Source: Octopus sinensis
Lineage: Eukaryota
Length of the DNA: 64,000 nucleotides
Direction of reading: 5' to 3'
NCBI RefSeq assembly: GCF_006345805.1
Contig: NC_043022.1
Span: 3,906,001-3,970,000, forward strand
A model generated the notes under the pieces. That model was given only the letters and a program-made list of their open reading frames with translations. It made no database searches and was not told where the DNA came from. Of this stretch, positions 62,251 through 64,000 are shown one piece after another; the stretch's first letter is position 1; each line of letters begins with the position of its first letter. A program made the translations under genes and the position numbers.

Positions 62251-62420
62251 ATCTTCAGCTAGTTCATCCAGGGCTTGTAGGTAGTTTTCTCTGACCATAG
62301 ACAGCTTGGCCATCGTCCTCTTCACCATGTGGTTACATTTGATGCCAGTCACCTTGTTCTTTGTTTCAAACCAATTAATCAGAGACAAATAGTTTGCCGC
62401 CTCGTTTGTCTTACCCAAGC
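62251..62420 (-). CDS. ZMYND12: ZMYND12-like gene, internal exon (first of 5 in window), phase 1 to 0: (G)LGKTNEAANYLSLINWFETKNKVTGIKCNHMVKRTMAKLSMVRENYLQALDELAED
   Basis: CAG acceptor at 62421-62423, GTGAGT donor at 62250-62245; 170 nt open; joins in frame to the next exon; position and motifs match my recollection of ZMYND12 (GLG...A.EYL...W...LA.D/IY). Confidence 0.8.
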
Positions 62421-63058
62421 CTGTCAACAACAACAACAACAACAACAACATTAATAACAACAGACAGCAATACCAACAGCAACAACACCTAAACTCTATA
62501 ATATTTCATATGATAAACGAAAGCAAAATGGCATGTTTCATCATTTCCAGTGGTTTTCTGCATCAGAAATAAACTGCAGTTGGAGATGAATATAGTGGTC
62601 AGAGTTTTAAAAATTTTAAGAGTTAGCTGACCTAATTTTCTGGCAGAGCAAGGTGGCGAGATGGCAGAAACGTAAGCATGCCAGGCGAAATGCTTAGCGG
62701 TATTTCATGTCTTTACGTTCTGAGTTCAAATTCCACCGAAGTCGACTTTACCTTTCATCCTTTTGGGGTCGATAAATTAAGTGCCAGTTACTGGGACTGA
62801 TCTAATCGACTGGGTCCCTCCTCTAGAATTTCAGACCTTGTGCCTCAAGTAGATAAGAATTTTCTGGCAGAGCAACTAAGGAAGACATTTTCCAAGTGTT
62901 TCTAATTTCTGAGCATTCGTCAGTGGATGTATAACTTTTGCCATACAAAGGCTAATTAATGTTTGAGTGCTATTTTGGCATGTGATCTACAACTTCAAGG
63001 GCGATTACTCTAGATTACTTCTTAGTTCATTTTTAGTGTATTTTCTCAAAGTTCTTAC

Positions 63059-63089
<31 letters not shown>

Positions 63090-63093
<4 letters not shown>

Positions 63094-63356
63094 TTTTTAA
63101 AAACCTTTTATAAAACTGTGCATCATTAGAGAACTTTTGAAGTCTGCTTACAATCAAACTTTGCTTTTTATAGAACTCTCTTCAATACTTCATGAGTGTA
63201 GCCTCACCCCCTAGGATGTTTGGAAAACTCATATGCGTTTTAGCTGATGAATACGAGACACTTGAATTTGCTGCAATATTTGCAGCTTTTAATAAAGCTG
63301 TTCTTCGTATGAAACAATTGTACTGAACAACTAATCCATTCTTGTTGCTTTTTTCT

Positions 63357-63358
<2 letters not shown>
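63090..63358 (+). mobile_element. About 270-bp hammerhead-bearing insert between two (TA)n runs (solo pLTR or retrozyme monomer fragment)
   Basis: (TA)n at 63062-63088 and 63359-63389; no ORF. Confidence 0.7.
63239..63327 (+). ncRNA. Type I hammerhead ribozyme with intact core and branched stem II
   Basis: TTTAG-CTGATGA(63244-63250)-ATACGAG...TTCGTAT (7 bp, internal GCTGCAA/TTGCAGC hairpin)-GAAA(63311-63314)-palindromic ACAATTGT-A^CTGAA; GUA site after 63322. Confidence 0.88.
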
Positions 63359-63391
<33 letters not shown>

Positions 63392-64000
63392 TGAACTAAC
63401 TGTTACTTTCTCAGATGCAGCACAGAATTTTGTCAGTGAACAGGTCTCAGTCTCAAAGCGATGAAAATATTTTGGCAAATTAAATTTAAATGTTATCTAC
63501 TTTGTGTGTTCTTGAATGGCTTATAAACACCTTCCACACTGCAATTCTTTTTGTTTCAGCACATGATCTCAGATCAGGTCACTTGCTATGCAAGTACATC
63601 TTTGTCATTCTTACTATTTTAATAATGATAAAACCAGGTTTCATTTATGTCTTAGTAAATAATAATAAGGAACCAAGAAAAACAATGAAATAATTAAAAT
63701 AAGCTCGTAGATAAGCGCAGGAGTGGCTGTGTGGTAAGTAGCTTGCTAACCAACCACATGGTTCGGGGTTCAGTCCCACTACGTGGCATCTTGGGCAAGT
63801 GTCTTCTGCTATAGCCCCGGGCCGACCAATGCCTTGTGAGTGGATTTGGTAGACAGAAACTGAAAGAAGCCTGTCGTATATATGTATATATATATAAGTG
63901 TGTGTGTGTATGTTTGTGTGTCTGTGTTTGTCCCCATAGCATTGCTTGACAACCGATGCTGGTGTGTTTACGTCCCCGTCACTTAGCAGTTCGACAAAAG

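Noticed and set aside
62890-62930. Minus-strand CTGACGA...GAAA candidate
   Set aside because: Stem II has only 2 bp and the cleavage triplet is invalid
63714-63800. tRNA genes (also at 53941, 59440, 60159)
   Set aside because: A and B boxes run into SINE cores and tails; no complete cloverleaf

Overview
AT-rich, microsatellite-dense eukaryotic DNA. The SINE families and repeat content look like an octopus (cephalopod) genome, which is an inference. One host gene is supported: five GT-AG exons on the minus strand (62420 down to 47184) splice into one open 221-aa C-terminal portion of a ZMYND12-like protein, with the N-terminus outside the window. The rest is mostly nested, decayed transposons: Penelope-like elements (PLE), R4/Dong REL-type LINEs inside (AAT)n, Tx1 and RTE fragments, Helitrons, a mariner relic, a pogo-like MITE and several tRNA-SINE families, some tandemly amplified into satellites. 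Three segments occur twice (1-6965 / 30630-33300 inverted; 9462-15392 / 35354-41096 direct; 27844-29300 / 34140-35301 inverted); these may be real duplications or uncollapsed haplotypes. The most interesting signal is a set of type I hammerhead ribozyme motifs from at least four unrelated sequence families. Each has a self-complementary helix III, which suits dimer-dependent cleavage, and each sits in or beside (TA)n or in PLE termini. One is an 881-bp retrozyme-like insertion (30805-31685) whose empty site can be seen in the paralogous segment. Ribozyme activity and all family names are pattern-based and were not tested computationally.
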